Of a stretch of DNA of 64,000 nt, positions 37,172 through 49,907 are shown one piece after another. Source of the DNA: Nemertoderma westbladi (lineage: Eukaryota > Animalia > Xenacoelomorpha); contig JAUCBJ010007930.1 in NCBI GenBank assembly GCA_032718475.1, forward strand, positions 1-64,000, given 5' to 3'. Below the pieces are notes generated by a model. That model did not search any database, had not been told where the DNA came from, and was given only the letters and a program-made list of their open reading frames with translations. A program made the translations under genes and the position numbers. Each line of letters opens with the position of its first letter. Positions within the stretch are counted from its first letter, which is position 1.

Positions 37172-40100
37172 CTACAACATGGGTCTGGCGACAAGTCCCA
37201 GGCGGCGGTAAGGAAAGTTTTCGACAACAGTTTCGGTTCTGAACATCCTACGTGGATAACAGATTTAGTTAGTCGTGAAAAAATAAAATAGGTGGGTCCA
37301 ATACTCTAAAGGAAGTAGAAAGATAAAAGTTAGATAGACACTATGGAAAAATAGTAAAACAAATTAAAAAGCTTGCAGATACATTAAGTAACTTAACTGA
37401 CCCCGGTTGTTGGGAGGATTGAGGCGGTTGAGAGGCGTGGAAATCACCACCGGGGCCTGATGGATTGTTGATATGATTGTCGGGTAGAGGAAAGTAGGAG
37501 GTGCCCGGTTGGGGGTTAAAGCTACCAGATTGGGGGTTGAAGTTACCAGATTGGGGGTTGAAGTTACCAGATTGGGGGTTGAAGTTACCAGATTGGGGGT
37601 TAAAGCTACCAGATTGGGGGTTGAAGTTACCAGATTGGGGGTTAAAGCTACCAGATTGGGGGTTGAAGTTACCAGATTGGGGGTTAAAGCTACCAGATTG
37701 GGGGTTGAAGTTATCAGATTGGTGGTTAAAGTTACCAGATTGAGGGTTGAAGCTACCAGATTGGGGGTTGAATGCACCAGATTGGGGGTTGTATGCACCA
37801 CTGCCACCGGGGTGATTGAAGAGACCTGGTTGAGGGGTGAAGTATCCGGTAGGTGGTGGAAACACACCAGGTAGGAGGGGTGCTTTGTTCTCTAGTCTAG
37901 GTTGTAGTGGTGGCGATGGGGTGTACTGGGGTCTCCGAAATCCCTCAAATGCCACATGCGACTGGTGGGCTGGAATGCAAACAAAAGCAGACGGTTAGTT
38001 GTCACCTTTTGTTATAAATGGGATATTAACGTGTGATAATTAATTGTTAGGATACCCACAAGACCTAACTAACAGTAATTTTCAGCTAACGTCTGTCACT
38101 GAATGCCTCGCCCAACAACACATTAGTTAATTAATAACCCTCCCTCCCCCCATATATATCCGGAGAATCTGTAGCTAGGGCAACGAGGACATCCATGCTA
38201 CCGAAGATGAATCTGGTGCCATTAGTTGTAGTGATCCTGTAGGGATTGCCGACATGCTATGCGAAGTGCAGGTATTTATTACCCGACACCTGAGACAACT
38301 CATAGAATGCAAGTATGAGTGACAACCACATCCCTAAACCAATATCCATAAACCAAAGCTCGTAAATGTTGGGCATAAACTAATACACTTGCAAATACCT
38401 AACTGCACACCTGCGAACTAGAACACTCAATGATGCGTGGAGGATGTCCTTGTACTTCTAATGGACCAGTTTATATGGCTTAATATATTATAATAATAGT
38501 ATAACAAGTTCGAATTTTCATTCAATTAATGCTGTAAACGCAAACAGCACTATTTCATATAAATGTAGATTCTACTTATATGATGGAGTAGGGAGATACG
38601 AATTAGATAATGTAAAGGCGAGTATTAGGCTGTTAGCTCTATTCTTTACATGTCAGTAAGCAGTAACAGATCCAAAGCAACCGCACATACAACAATGCCT
38701 TATAGCTATAGATGGATTCAGCAGTGGCATTGGTAGATTGAAACAATCAGAAATACTAGTTAAAACGAAGTCTGTCATCATTAACAATGGACACAAACTT
38801 CCTTAATGATTGATAGACAAGAAATCATGTGCACATAAACACATACGCACAAACGACAAACACTTTTTGGACAGGAAGAAACTTTATGGCAGAAATATAA
38901 TAGGGCCTCATTAAAAATATACTCATCCGTTAACGTGAGAGGATGATGTACTCGGGGATAAAGTTTTAATTGATGGATTTAAACAGTTCCTACTCAACAA
39001 TTCCTACTCGACTAAAACTGAAACTAGTAAAAACGAATTATATCTATGAGTTGAGGATATTCGTTAGAAGAGCAAATATATGCGGAGTTAATCACGTTAC
39101 GGAGTCACAGGAAGCAGCAAAGAAGAGGGTTATTTTTCCGTTCTTCTAATTAGTGCCGTGCTGTTCCAATCTAATCAATAACTATTTACTAAACTAATAT
39201 ATCAGTTAGGATCCCATAAACAACATTATGTAGGATGGATAGGATATGGATAAAGAAGGAATGGAAATAACATAACTCTTTTGTCCATTTCCCTTGACTG
39301 ATTGAGACAAATCAAATTAATTTGTCTGAAAAGTAAGTCTCGGATATCTGTTGATGGAATCGACATAAAAACCATCAATTAATTATTAATAAATTTTGTT
39401 TTCCTTTTTTAATGGAACATTTTAATGTAAATGCCAACCTGTATATCTTCGGTAACCACTAACTTACTTGATAGGTCTGTTTGGATTGGGGACACCGCAT
39501 GGGTGTCTACCCACTGCTGGACACGGGGACGGCTGGATAAACCAACCGATGCATGCGTACACCTTGATGCCAGTCGAGTAACTGCTGGGGTTATTCTAGT
39601 CTGCAAATCCGCAGTGGCAAATGTTGGGAAATCTGATTCATCCCGGATGTTCAGAGTTACCTTCGGGTTGCATTCCGGCTCATCCCTCCCTTTGTACCGC
39701 CACCCTTCTTGACTAACACTATCGTCCGGTGTAGGACTATGCCACCCTTTCACCTCGACCTTTTCTTCATTGATATAGAACCGCTTAGCAATGACGTCAC
39801 TAATGTAAATTACGTTGTTGCTATGCTCTGGCCGGTAATAAAGATCCACCTCTACCAGACCAGAAGGGAGACAGGAAATGATCTCGCAGGTGAATGAGTG
39901 CTCGAGTACGTGTCGCCGGAACCAGCTGGATTCCTTGTCCGGAATTCGGTTACTTGGACAATCTGTACGGTCAGTCGGACATATGCCTGATCTCCCCTTT
40001 AAGCAGCACATAATCGCCTGGGCAGGGAACACCGTATCTTTGGCATCTATGTAGCGAACATCCTGCAAAACTACAGCCTGACGATTGCCCCAGTCTAGGT

Positions 40101-40839
40101 AGCGGACCACCAGTATCGGAGACTCATTGCTGGCCGGAGCCGCGATGACTTCACTAACCTCCGCCCGGTACCACCGTCCCTCGTACATCGCCACGCAGAT
40201 ATCGCCCACAGCTAGCGACCCCGCAGTCGGGACTGGCTGACGCGGGCTAGACTCCGTCAACTCATTTTCTAATATATCGAGAGAGGGTTGTCTGAGTCGA
40301 ACCCAGAACCCGGTTGGGTCGTCACCGATTGTTACCTCCACCTTTAACTGGTCGCCGACTTTCGGGATGATTCTACTAATGGAAGTTCTACTGGCAGTTA
40401 AGGTCCGCCCTGCCGGTGGAAATCTGGGCAATTCCGGGTCAGAACTCTCGCCGAGACAAATAGCGAGCTGTTTTGATGCGAAAGTCGGAGTCTGCGGTCG
40501 AGGATCAGGGTGTTCTTGTGGGATCTCTGCTAACACGGTCTGTGTAGAGAGACCCCTCTCGGTAACGATGCCATGCAAACAGGATATCAACCTAGTTAAC
40601 ATTTCCAAGTCTTTTTCGAGTAAAACGGAAATTGTATTGGATTGTTTCAAAAATTCCGGACTGGAGCGGTCATTTAGGAACAGTTCGGCCTTTGTGGTAT
40701 TTTCCTCTACATAGGTTTGTATCTTTTTAATGAGGAAATCTCTGTGATAAATAACATTCTCAATTCTATCTTTAACCCGTTTCCTGGACCCTTCAATAAA
40801 TGGTTCCCACGAAAATATATCAATACCGGTAGAAGCCAT
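37172..40839 (-). CDS. Extended-Tudor domain protein with low-complexity FNPQSG tail, ~671 aa; exons 40839-39468, 37969-37402, 37247-37172
   Basis: Tudor: DPTGFWVR..GDICVAMYEGRWYRAEV..VRYLDWGN..FPAQAIMCCL. Donor a|gtaagt (phase 1) fits acceptor actaac...ttccag. Donor gg|gtcagt (phase 2) fits gactaac...cgtag. The frame is preserved to TAG at 37172. Confidence 0.8.
37505..37800 (-). repeat. Coding 21-bp repeat x~14 (SG[SN]FNPQ)
   Basis: Plus-strand unit taccagattgggggttgaagt, lying within exon 2. Confidence 0.93.
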
Positions 40840-41204
40840 AGCTAAAATAGGTGGCGCGGCGGTGGTGGCGTGATAGGGTCTACTACTATACTACTACCAG
40901 ACTAATGTACTGTACCGTACCAGAAAAGGGCCCCAAAACCAACCGTATGCATGCAGTATGACTACTTGCTACTGGACTAGGCCTACCGGTGCCGGTTCTG
41001 AATTCTGACTGATTGCAATACTGATGACGTTGCATTTACAGCTGAGTTTGGTCAAGGATCTCCGGAGCGCGCAAGCCCAGCGTTGCTGGCGCGCCAGCAG
41101 CACAAGCTGTTGTGGAGGTATTAACTGGATGACTGAACTATATTGGCTTGGCCTATACTTGATTATTTAAATTACCATTTAATACGTTATTTCAGATAGA
41201 GAGA

Positions 41205-41442
41205 GAGGGGGGGGGGGGGGGGGACTGGACGCAATAAAAATTCATCCCTCTCCAGGGGATTGACGCAAATAACAGCTAATTACTTTCAAAAATAAAACTG
41301 CAATCTGTTCATTGTATTTAGTTTATTGTTTTGGTTAAAATAACGTGCCACTGTAACCTACTCCTTTCTCTAAATTGATAATTTAACATTGAGACGGGAT
41401 ATTAATTCGCAAAGATGGGATTTGCGTCCAGTTTCCCCCCTG
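41205..41442. mobile_element. Small MITE-like element; related fragment at ~51445-51560
   Basis: TIR-like ends ggggactggacgcaa / ttgcgtccagtttcccc. Internal aataacgtgccactgta...ttgataatttaaca is shared with the second site. Confidence 0.5.
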
Positions 41443-42367
41443 TCTCCAATAATTACATATGGGCGGGGTGTATAGGAGGGAGATACTGCTACGGGCTCCG
41501 GGTCTGTTATCTCACTTTCATAGATTTCGCTCTCTAGAGGCAGACTGGAGAACTGCAGACCGATTACCGACTACACAAAGACACAGGATGTGGGCGAGCC
41601 AAGAAGTAAGAAGCAGGGTCACCATTAATAAACCTGTTCGATCTGTCGCTGCGTTGATCTGTCGTGTCCAATATTTAAACGTTAATAATAACTCAGCCAA
41701 TCCTCGATGAAATCTAAGCAATCTGGTACACATGTTGTTTGGCAAAAGTACATAAATTGAATTGAATTTGAATTGAATTTGGGTGTGGCCTTCGAGAAAC
41801 TAAGATAAAAGCAGTTAATTAGTTAATTTATTAATTGCGGTAAAAAACAGCTGTCATTTAAAGGAAATTAATTATTCAATAATTATACTTAAAAATTATA
41901 CAGCTGTAATCCCCATACCCCATTCCATTAGAGTTTTTAATTAGTCCAAGTGATCTAAACATCAATAACTTAATAAAATGCCGCTTTTCTCCGCGCTACT
42001 TCAAATTCCCCAAAGTCTGTAGGGATCATTCCATCATCTCCAGTCCACCTCACCAATACTCGTAGCAACTGTGAGTGTACCAGGTTTTTACTGTAAGTGT
42101 ACCTAGTTGTTTTTCTCCGGTGACAATTTTAATTAATTTTATAATGTTACACTGTGTTTAATAATGATAGTAAATAATAATACAGTACTGTAAACTGTAT
42201 TGCATATTAGTCAGATATAGTCATTGGCCGGACCAGCTCGAGGGCTGGCTTATGCAAGCCCATAGTGAGGTTGCTTATGTGTATTCCGTTACGTCCCGAT
42301 CCAACTGTAGTCTCTGCCCCAGAAGCAGTCTTGTCGACCGAACCACAATCTGCTGCCCCCTCTTGCC

Positions 42368-44929
42368 CAGGGCCGGATTAAGGTTATCAGGGCTGTGGGC
42401 TGAGTAATAAAAAGGGCCGTTTTCCAACGGGTAAAAAATAACATGAAAAACTAAATATTTTACATATAATTATTATTAATTATTTACTATAAAGAAACCG
42501 AGTGCTAATTACAGCAATGGAGTAAACTCAAAAATTAATGCAAAAAGCACCATTACCTACAACTGAAAGAAAGACACAGAATTGTTTAATATTACAGTAA
42601 ATTATTAACTAATAAAATACTAATTACAATACATAAAACATACAATAAAATTTTAATATACTGTATAATATCGTGACCATAAAGCCAGAACAACACATAT
42701 ATACCATAATTTTTCAAAACAATTTTTTTTACCAAAAATACTCAAGATGGCGTTCTACATCTTATGGTAAAATCCTAGACTTGTATGTCTAACTCCATCA
42801 TTCCTAAGAAATTACCGTTTTGAGTTGAACCTATATGCTCATAACTGCCACGCAATGGCAACCCACGTTCAGTGAGTTTTCTTATTACACTTACAGCTCG
42901 AGTAAGTACCTGTTGCCAATAATTATTCTGTATTTCAAATTCCTTAAGCAGTGCTGCATCCACACGTCTTTTTGCGTCTCTTCTAATCACCAAACCGATC
43001 ATTGCATCTCGGTGACATTCGGAATTTTCATGCCTGCGAACAACCACAGCTGCATGTTTCCAATTGTTGAATCCTAGGTTAACAAATTGATTGGTCCGAT
43101 CCGAAGACAATAATTTACAAGGAAAGCAATAAACCTTGCCTTGAGAAGGTGAGTAGCAAAGCCATTCGCGTGTTGTTGGTCGTTGTCCTTCCATTTTGCG
43201 TTCAAACAATGACAATGTGCAAGAGCGGGTAAACTTCTCATTGGCGTGAATATAGCTCGATGCAGAAAAGTCACCACCAGCAATATTTTGGCATTGTGTG
43301 CTCCCTTCACCAACCCAAAATTCTATCATGCCAGGAACAATAACTACCTCATTCCATGTCCCAACATCTGGAGTTATACACAGATTAGTAGTAGATGGCT
43401 CAACATCACCAGCATAGCCATGAAATTGATTTGCAATGGCCTGGCCGTCAGATACATTTGACAGTGGATCAACAATTTCTTCAGCTACAGATAAGTTTAC
43501 ATTAAAACAGTCACCTGTGCCAGAGATGCATTGCATTGGAGCATCACTGACTGCATCAGGTAATTCAACTGGGGGAATGGTAGGCTCTACTGTTTCATCC
43601 GAAGTTTTGTCTATTTGGTCTGATATAGGTGTAAAATATGTTCGTAGCTTGGGCACAGATGATAACAAAACACTCTCTCTTTTCTCTTTAGCTTTTTTTG
43701 CTCGCATCTTTTCTGCACCACCAATACCCTTCTTCGAAACGTTCTTTACAAATGTTCCCATTATCTGATTATTGTAGAGATAATTCTATAATTGTCTAAT
43801 AATTTAAATCACCATAGTTTTATCAATAACCAATATAAGTACAGCTAAGTAAAACTATCTCACAATCAATAACCAAAACAATAAACAAATAACGAAACTA
43901 GATTTCCCTTTCGTAATTTAAGGGAATGGAGCAGGTTACAGTGATGGTGTTATCTACTGATTGCTGATCTAACAGACCATATCATATCATATCATATCAA
44001 TTAGATTTAATAATTAGCGGAATGGAGCAGATTACAGTGGCGAGCTTGAGCTTTTCTAACCAAAACAATAAACGATAATTTATTTTAATAATAATAATTT
44101 TAACGATATTATTATATTTGTTAATTTAAGTGTGTCAATAATAATAATTAACGCTGATAAGTCACGGTAGCGTTAATATAATGTAACAAAAACTAACACT
44201 ATTATTTTATTTACCACTGTGTCATAAGCTGAAGCTTAAATATATATAACTTTACAACAGGATAAGAAGTAAGTACTTCGTGTAGAGGTATAGCCAACCA
44301 ATAAATATCACGTAACACATTACCTGCAATTTATTAGATCCAGTCCAGAGTCAGTGATTCATGACTCATAGAAGAAATCCAATATCTCAACAAATACACC
44401 AATCACAGCGTGTTTTGGTAAGCCACTAGCCTGGTGTCAATGTACCAGGAGGTCTTCCCTGCCATTTGCTTAGAGCCTCCTGTCTGTCTGTTCTGTTTAT
44501 TATAGTAAAGGTGTGGTATGTGTTTCACGATTGGTCATGTGCTCACATCACCTGTGCTACAAGCTTGCCCTAAAGCATTAGTTAGGTGGAGTAAATAGCC
44601 TGTAGGTAATGGGACTGCTGGCTTCCAATTAATATGTCCAGGTTGATAGCCCTATCCTGCTTTGGCAGTATAGTGTGGCCTGGGAGGCATAATTCCTATT
44701 GTGGAAACAGTGGGGTATGGAAATATTTGGTTATGGGCTGGGGGAAATTTACTCAGGAATTATAGTACAAACATGATTTTGGATAATTTGACTTATGAAT
44801 TGATTAATATTTCATGGGACTCTTATAGGCACAGAACAATTACAATGGAAAGCTCAATTTGAAAGGGCCGGTTCAGTCGCTTGGGCCGTGGGCTGCAGCC
44901 CACACAGCCCCCCCCTTAATCCAGGCCTG
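42368..44929 (-). mobile_element. Internally deleted hAT DNA transposon
   Basis: TIRs cagggccggattaag / cttaatccaggcctg and an 8-bp TSD ctcttgcc at 42360-42367 and 44930-44937. Confidence 0.93.
42775..43761 (-). CDS. Truncated hAT transposase (TTF-type zinc finger and start of DUF4371/ZMYM1-like region), 328 aa
   Basis: REWLCYSPSQGKVYCFPCKL..GFNNWK..HENSECH and GLPLRG..NGNFLG. Ends before the catalytic and dimerisation regions. Confidence 0.85.
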   Translation of the reverse strand: MGTFVKNVSKKGIGGAEKMRAKKAKEKRESVLLSSVPKLRTYFTPISDQIDKTSDETVEPTIPPVELPDAVSDAPMQCISGTGDCFNVNLSVAEEIVDPLSNVSDGQAIANQFHGYAGDVEPSTTNLCITPDVGTWNEVVIVPGMIEFWVGEGSTQCQNIAGGDFSASSYIHANEKFTRSCTLSLFERKMEGQRPTTREWLCYSPSQGKVYCFPCKLLSSDRTNQFVNLGFNNWKHAAVVVRRHENSECHRDAMIGLVIRRDAKRRVDAALLKEFEIQNNYWQQVLTRAVSVIRKLTERGLPLRGSYEHIGSTQNGNFLGMMELDIQV

Positions 44930-45697
44930 CTCTTGCCCAATTGCCATTGCAAGAAGTCATTATAGCTCATTGTCTTTTAATATGTAGCTCATTCTAGGCT
45001 AGGTCTTTCTACATAGACGTACGTGCTGCTACGTAGGTAGACCGAATCAGGTTTTTGAAGTTGCGGCCACTTGAAGTACGTCGGATTATATTCGACCTTA
45101 AACTCCTGTGCCGAATGGAAAAGGGTACTACTATTGATTTTGAATTAGATAATTCCTTTAAACGCGCCTCGCGCCCCGGTCTACGTGGCCACAGTAAAAC
45201 GTTGCAGGTTCCAGCTGTCGTCTAAATTTGTGAAAGCACGCTTTTACCTCTCGTGTTGTCAATATTAGGAACAATTTATCTGGTGCAGTTGTAGATTCCA
45301 AAAATATTTGCATATTTTCCCGTAAGTTGCTGGAGGTCGATTTATTACCGTACTGTAAATTTATTGTGGACCCGGGAAACCCATTGAATTACTAACTAGT
45401 ACCGAAACTACCGTATGTTAATTACTGTTTTATTTTTTTAATTATTTTTTTATCTCAGTGTGGTCCCGATAGGATCACTAGCTTTCTTCTATTATCAATA
45501 ATTGTGCATTTTAAAATATTTTAACTTTTGTGGCCCCCATATGTGCCTCTGAGCCTGGGTGGTTCCTCTCTGCGGTACTATAGGACTGGGACTAAATGTA
45601 TATAGCTGTGTATAGATGAGTATAGGTGAATGTATGTTTTATTCTAAGCAATACTATATTCTTACTATACATTAAAGCCGAATGGCACATCACTAAT

Positions 45698-46787
45698 AGG
45701 GTTGGTGCGTGAGAAATTTGTTGGGCTAGAAAATATCGAATAAGTGGTAACAATAACGTGCCCTGAATCGAGTGGCGGGATGTGTTTTTTGTAAAAACAC
45801 TTCGGAAACAGTAGAAATGGCGGGTTTAAGTAAGCCCGGGAAGCCAATTTTTAAAATCGGATGTGAGTGGCTGCTACATATTTGACGTCACTACGCATTG
45901 CTCTTATAATTTTTATATTGGTTTCCATGGGGGGTGATTTTAGATCCATTCAAATACACATTTAATCTCAATCATTTCCCACGTGGCTTTATATCAATTG
46001 AAAGCAGAGACTCTTGTCCTTTTAAAACTACAATTACTAAATTCATGATCATGAACATTGATAAAATACTGTTTGCAATTTTGCATACTTGGAAAATTGC
46101 CTGACCCTCCTATGCAAGCACTCACCAACTCAGCTTATTGCATTGCAGTCTGGCAGTATGGGAGTAGGCATATTGCTGTATTGTTGTTTTAATTTCTTTA
46201 GTTGAGTAAACCTACCGCTTGTACCACTCTTACACTACCGCTGACCAGTACACATTTCAACTTAATGAAGTTAAGCTGCAATACAGCAATATTCCGATAC
46301 TACAATGCAATAGGTGTATACTTTAAGGCTGAGTGGTTCAGTACTACAGTACTTGCATGCCGGTCAGTCAATCTGCGAGTTTATAATTGTGAATTGATTC
46401 ATTTTATCAATGTTCATCACCATGAATTTAATTAATTGTAGTGTCAAAAGACGCGCAAGACTCTCCGCTTTCAATTGATATAAGCCACGTGTGAAATGAT
46501 TGAGATTAAATGTGTATGTATTTGAATGGATCTAAAAAATGACCCTCCATATAAACCAATATAAGAAATTATCACAGCACTGCGTAGTGAGTGACGTCAA
46601 ATATGTAGCAACCAATCACAGCCGATTTTCAAAATTGGCTTCGCGGGCTTACTTAAACCCTCCATTTCGAGCGTTTCCACGTGTTTTTACAAAAAACACA
46701 CCCCGCCACTCGATTCAGGGCACCTTGTTACCCCTTTAGGCCTATTCGATTGTTTCTAGTCCAACAATTTTTTCGCATACCAACTCT
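45698..46787. mobile_element. MITE with ~370-bp diverged TIRs
   Basis: 45698-46068 is an inverted copy of 46400-46787. Flanks aat|aggg...ctct|att give a 2-bp AT or TA target, so the superfamily is unresolved. Confidence 0.8.
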
Positions 46788-46819
46788 ATTGTGTCTGTAA
46801 TTGCCTCGGAATACATATT

Positions 46820-47740
46820 ATGGAGCCCATAACACAAACGATTGGAGTGATCCGAGGAGATAAACTCTCTCCCCTACTCTTCAGTTTGTTTGTCTCTGAT
46901 CTACCAGCTGTTATAATTAGCCGCCTTTTGCTGCATGTTTATGTACGCCGATGACGTCGCCATTACAGGTAACACCATCGTCGAAGTCCAAGCTGGTCTC
47001 GATAACCTTCTGGCCTACTGCAGAGAGGAGAGAGGACGACCTAATCACCAACAAGTCAAAAACCAACGCGAACGCGATAAAATTTCGCCGGGGTGGCCGA
47101 CTCTACCGAACTGATGTCCTCTATACGATGGGACCCATCTGGAGTTCGTCAACTCCTTCGAATATCTAGGGGTCGTCCTCTCAACGACAAATTGTGCAAA
47201 CACTGGGTGGCCGCCTGTATGCGCTTGGCCACTAAAGTAAACTTCGGGCTGATCTCCTTGCCCACGGCTCGGCGCTTGTGGAAACTCTATGTCTTACCTG
47301 CAACCACATATATATGGCTGTACTGTTTTCGGCGTGGACTCATCGAATGTCGACACCTTGAACAATGTTGTAACCAATAGAGCGTTCTATTGGAAACTGT
47401 GGTGCGGGGTTGGGTTGGCAAATACGACTCCCACCACAGCAATTCTAAATGCCGTCGACCACTCTGCAGAGGTCGGTTAGTCATCCATATCGCTCCGCGA
47501 GCTCACAGGCTACTACAGATGCCGCGCCACTGCCCATTTCCTATCTAACGGTCGCACCACAAGCTCTGTTGCGGTAAATGGTGCTGGAGGCCGACTCCCA
47601 CTTGCGTCTGCCTTCTTTGCGACGCTCCAGCCACTGGGAAGGAACACGGCCGCAGTTGCGCCGGTATTAAGACGCACCGATCGCTACTACAATGCGCTCC
47701 TGTACTGTACTGTACAGTACTGTGCTGTTCCTGTACTCCC
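46820..47740 (+). mobile_element. 5'-truncated, frameshifted non-LTR retrotransposon (RT fragment to 3' end)
   Basis: GVIRGDKLSPLLFSLFVSDL (~46844), MYADDVAI (46941), a Cys-rich C-terminal stretch, and a (tactg)n-like tail. Confidence 0.8.
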
Positions 47741-47805
47741 TTCACTCGGACACATAACGATATATTGAAAAATATATTATATGAATTACTTTACCAACTC
47801 ACCAA

Positions 47806-48174
47806 CAGGGTTGCCACTCTAGTTCAGTATCAATTTTCCATGACTTTTTGAAAAAATTCCCTGACTGCAGGTACATAGCATTTTTATAGAATATAATATA
47901 ATAGGCCGCTTTATTATATTCCAAACAATGTTACGAGATAATGAAATAATAATGAACTATATATTTAGTGAAATGAGGAAACTGAATGGCGAGCGAAGCA
48001 AGCAGATAAAATTGTACACATTTTCGCTTATCAAACTTGTCCTGTATATATCACATTATATATCACATTATATATCATATTCCCTGCTGCTTTGTCCATT
48101 TTTTACAATAATTCCCTGACATTTCAAGAAAAAATGAAATGTCCTCTGACTATTCCAGGTGAGTGGCAACTCTG
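47806..48174. mobile_element. MITE with hAT-like termini and 5-bp TSD
   Basis: TIRs cagggttgccactc / gagtggcaactctg, accaa on both flanks, repeated internal ttccctgac. Confidence 0.75.
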
Positions 48175-48194
48175 ACCAATATTATCTTATTCCT

Positions 48195-49790
48195 GAAAAT
48201 TTTTTATTATTTTTACTATATATTTTATTTGAAAATGCATGTTTTGAAAATGCTACGAATTAATTTTATTATTTTTACTATATATTTTATTTGAAAATGC
48301 ATTTTTTGATAATGCTACGAATTAATTGTATTATTTTTACTATATATTTTATTTGAAAATACATGTTTTGATAATGCTACGAATTAATTTTAATATTTTT
48401 ACTATATATTTTATTTGAAAATACATGTTTTGATAATGCTACGAATTAATTTTAATATTTTTACTATATATTTTATTTGAAAATGCATGTTTTGATAATG
48501 CTACAAATTAATTTTAATATTTTTACTATATATTTTATTTGAAAATGCATGTTTTGATAATGCTACGAATTAATTTTATTATTTTTACTATATATTTTAT
48601 TTGAAAATACATGTTTTGATAATGCTACGAATTAATTGTATTATTTTTACTATATATTTTATTTGAAAATACATGTTTTGATAATGCTACGAATTAATTT
48701 TAATATTTTTACTATATATTTTATTTGAAAATACATGTTTTGATAATGCTACGAATTAATTTTAATATTTTTACTATATATTTTATTTGAAAATACATGT
48801 TTTGATAATGCTACGAATTAATTTTAATATTTTTACTATATATTTTATTTGAAAATGCATGTTTTGATAATGCTACGAATTAATTTTAATATTTTTACTA
48901 TATATTTTATTTGAAAATGCATTTTTTGATAATGCTACGAATTAATTGTATTATTTTTACTATATATTTTATTTGAAAATACATGTTTTGATAATGCTAC
49001 GAATTAATTTTAATATTTTTACTATATATTTTATTTGAAAATACATGTTTTGATAATGCTACGAATTAATTTTAATATTTTTACTATATATTTTATTTGA
49101 AAATACATGTTTTGATAATGCTACGAATTAATTTTAATATTTTTACTATATATTTTATTTGAAAATGCATGTTTTGATAATGCTACGAATTAATTTTAAT
49201 ATTTTTACTATATATTTTATTTGAAAATGCATGTTTTGATAATGCTACGAATTAATTTTATTATTTTTACTATATATTTTATTTGAAAATACATGTTTTG
49301 ATAATGCTACGAATTAATTGTATTATTTTTACTATATATTTTATTTGAAAATACATGTTTTGATAATGCTACGAATTAATTTTAATATTTTTACTATATA
49401 TTTTATTTGAAAATACATGTTTTGATAATGCTACGAATTAATTTTAATATTTTTACTATATATTTTATTTGAAAATACATGTTTTGATAATGCTACGAAT
49501 TAATTTTAATATTTTTACTATATATTTTATTTGAAAATGCATGTTTTGATAATGCTACGAATTAATTTTAATATTTTTACTATATATTTTATTTGAAAAT
49601 GCATGTTTTGATAATGCTACGAATTAATTTTATTATTTTTACTATATATTTTATTTGAAAATACATGTTTTGATAATGCTACGAATTAATTTTAATATTT
49701 TTACTATATATTTTATTTGAAAATGCATGTTTTGATAATGCTACGAATTAATTTTATTATTTTTACTATATATTTTATTTGATAACTCAT
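48195..49790. repeat. AT-rich 62-bp minisatellite x~26
   Basis: Unit acatgttttgataatgctacgaattaattttaatatttttactatatattttatttgaaaat. Confidence 0.98.
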
Positions 49791-49907
49791 TTTATTTAAT
49801 AGATATGCTACGAATTGTAAATTTTAAATTAATACAAACCCAATACCAAAATATTTGGTATTTTCTTGTACAGCTGTTCTACAGTATATTAATTATCTTT
49901 TCTGGAC

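Noticed and set aside
39409-39467. ORF-track C-terminus of the Tudor ORF and alternative donor cag|gttggc at 39439
   Set aside because: Phase 0 does not fit the next acceptor; the gtaagt donor after 39468 does.
13665-49790. CRISPR-like appearance of regular arrays
   Set aside because: No unique spacers, no cas genes, eukaryotic context.
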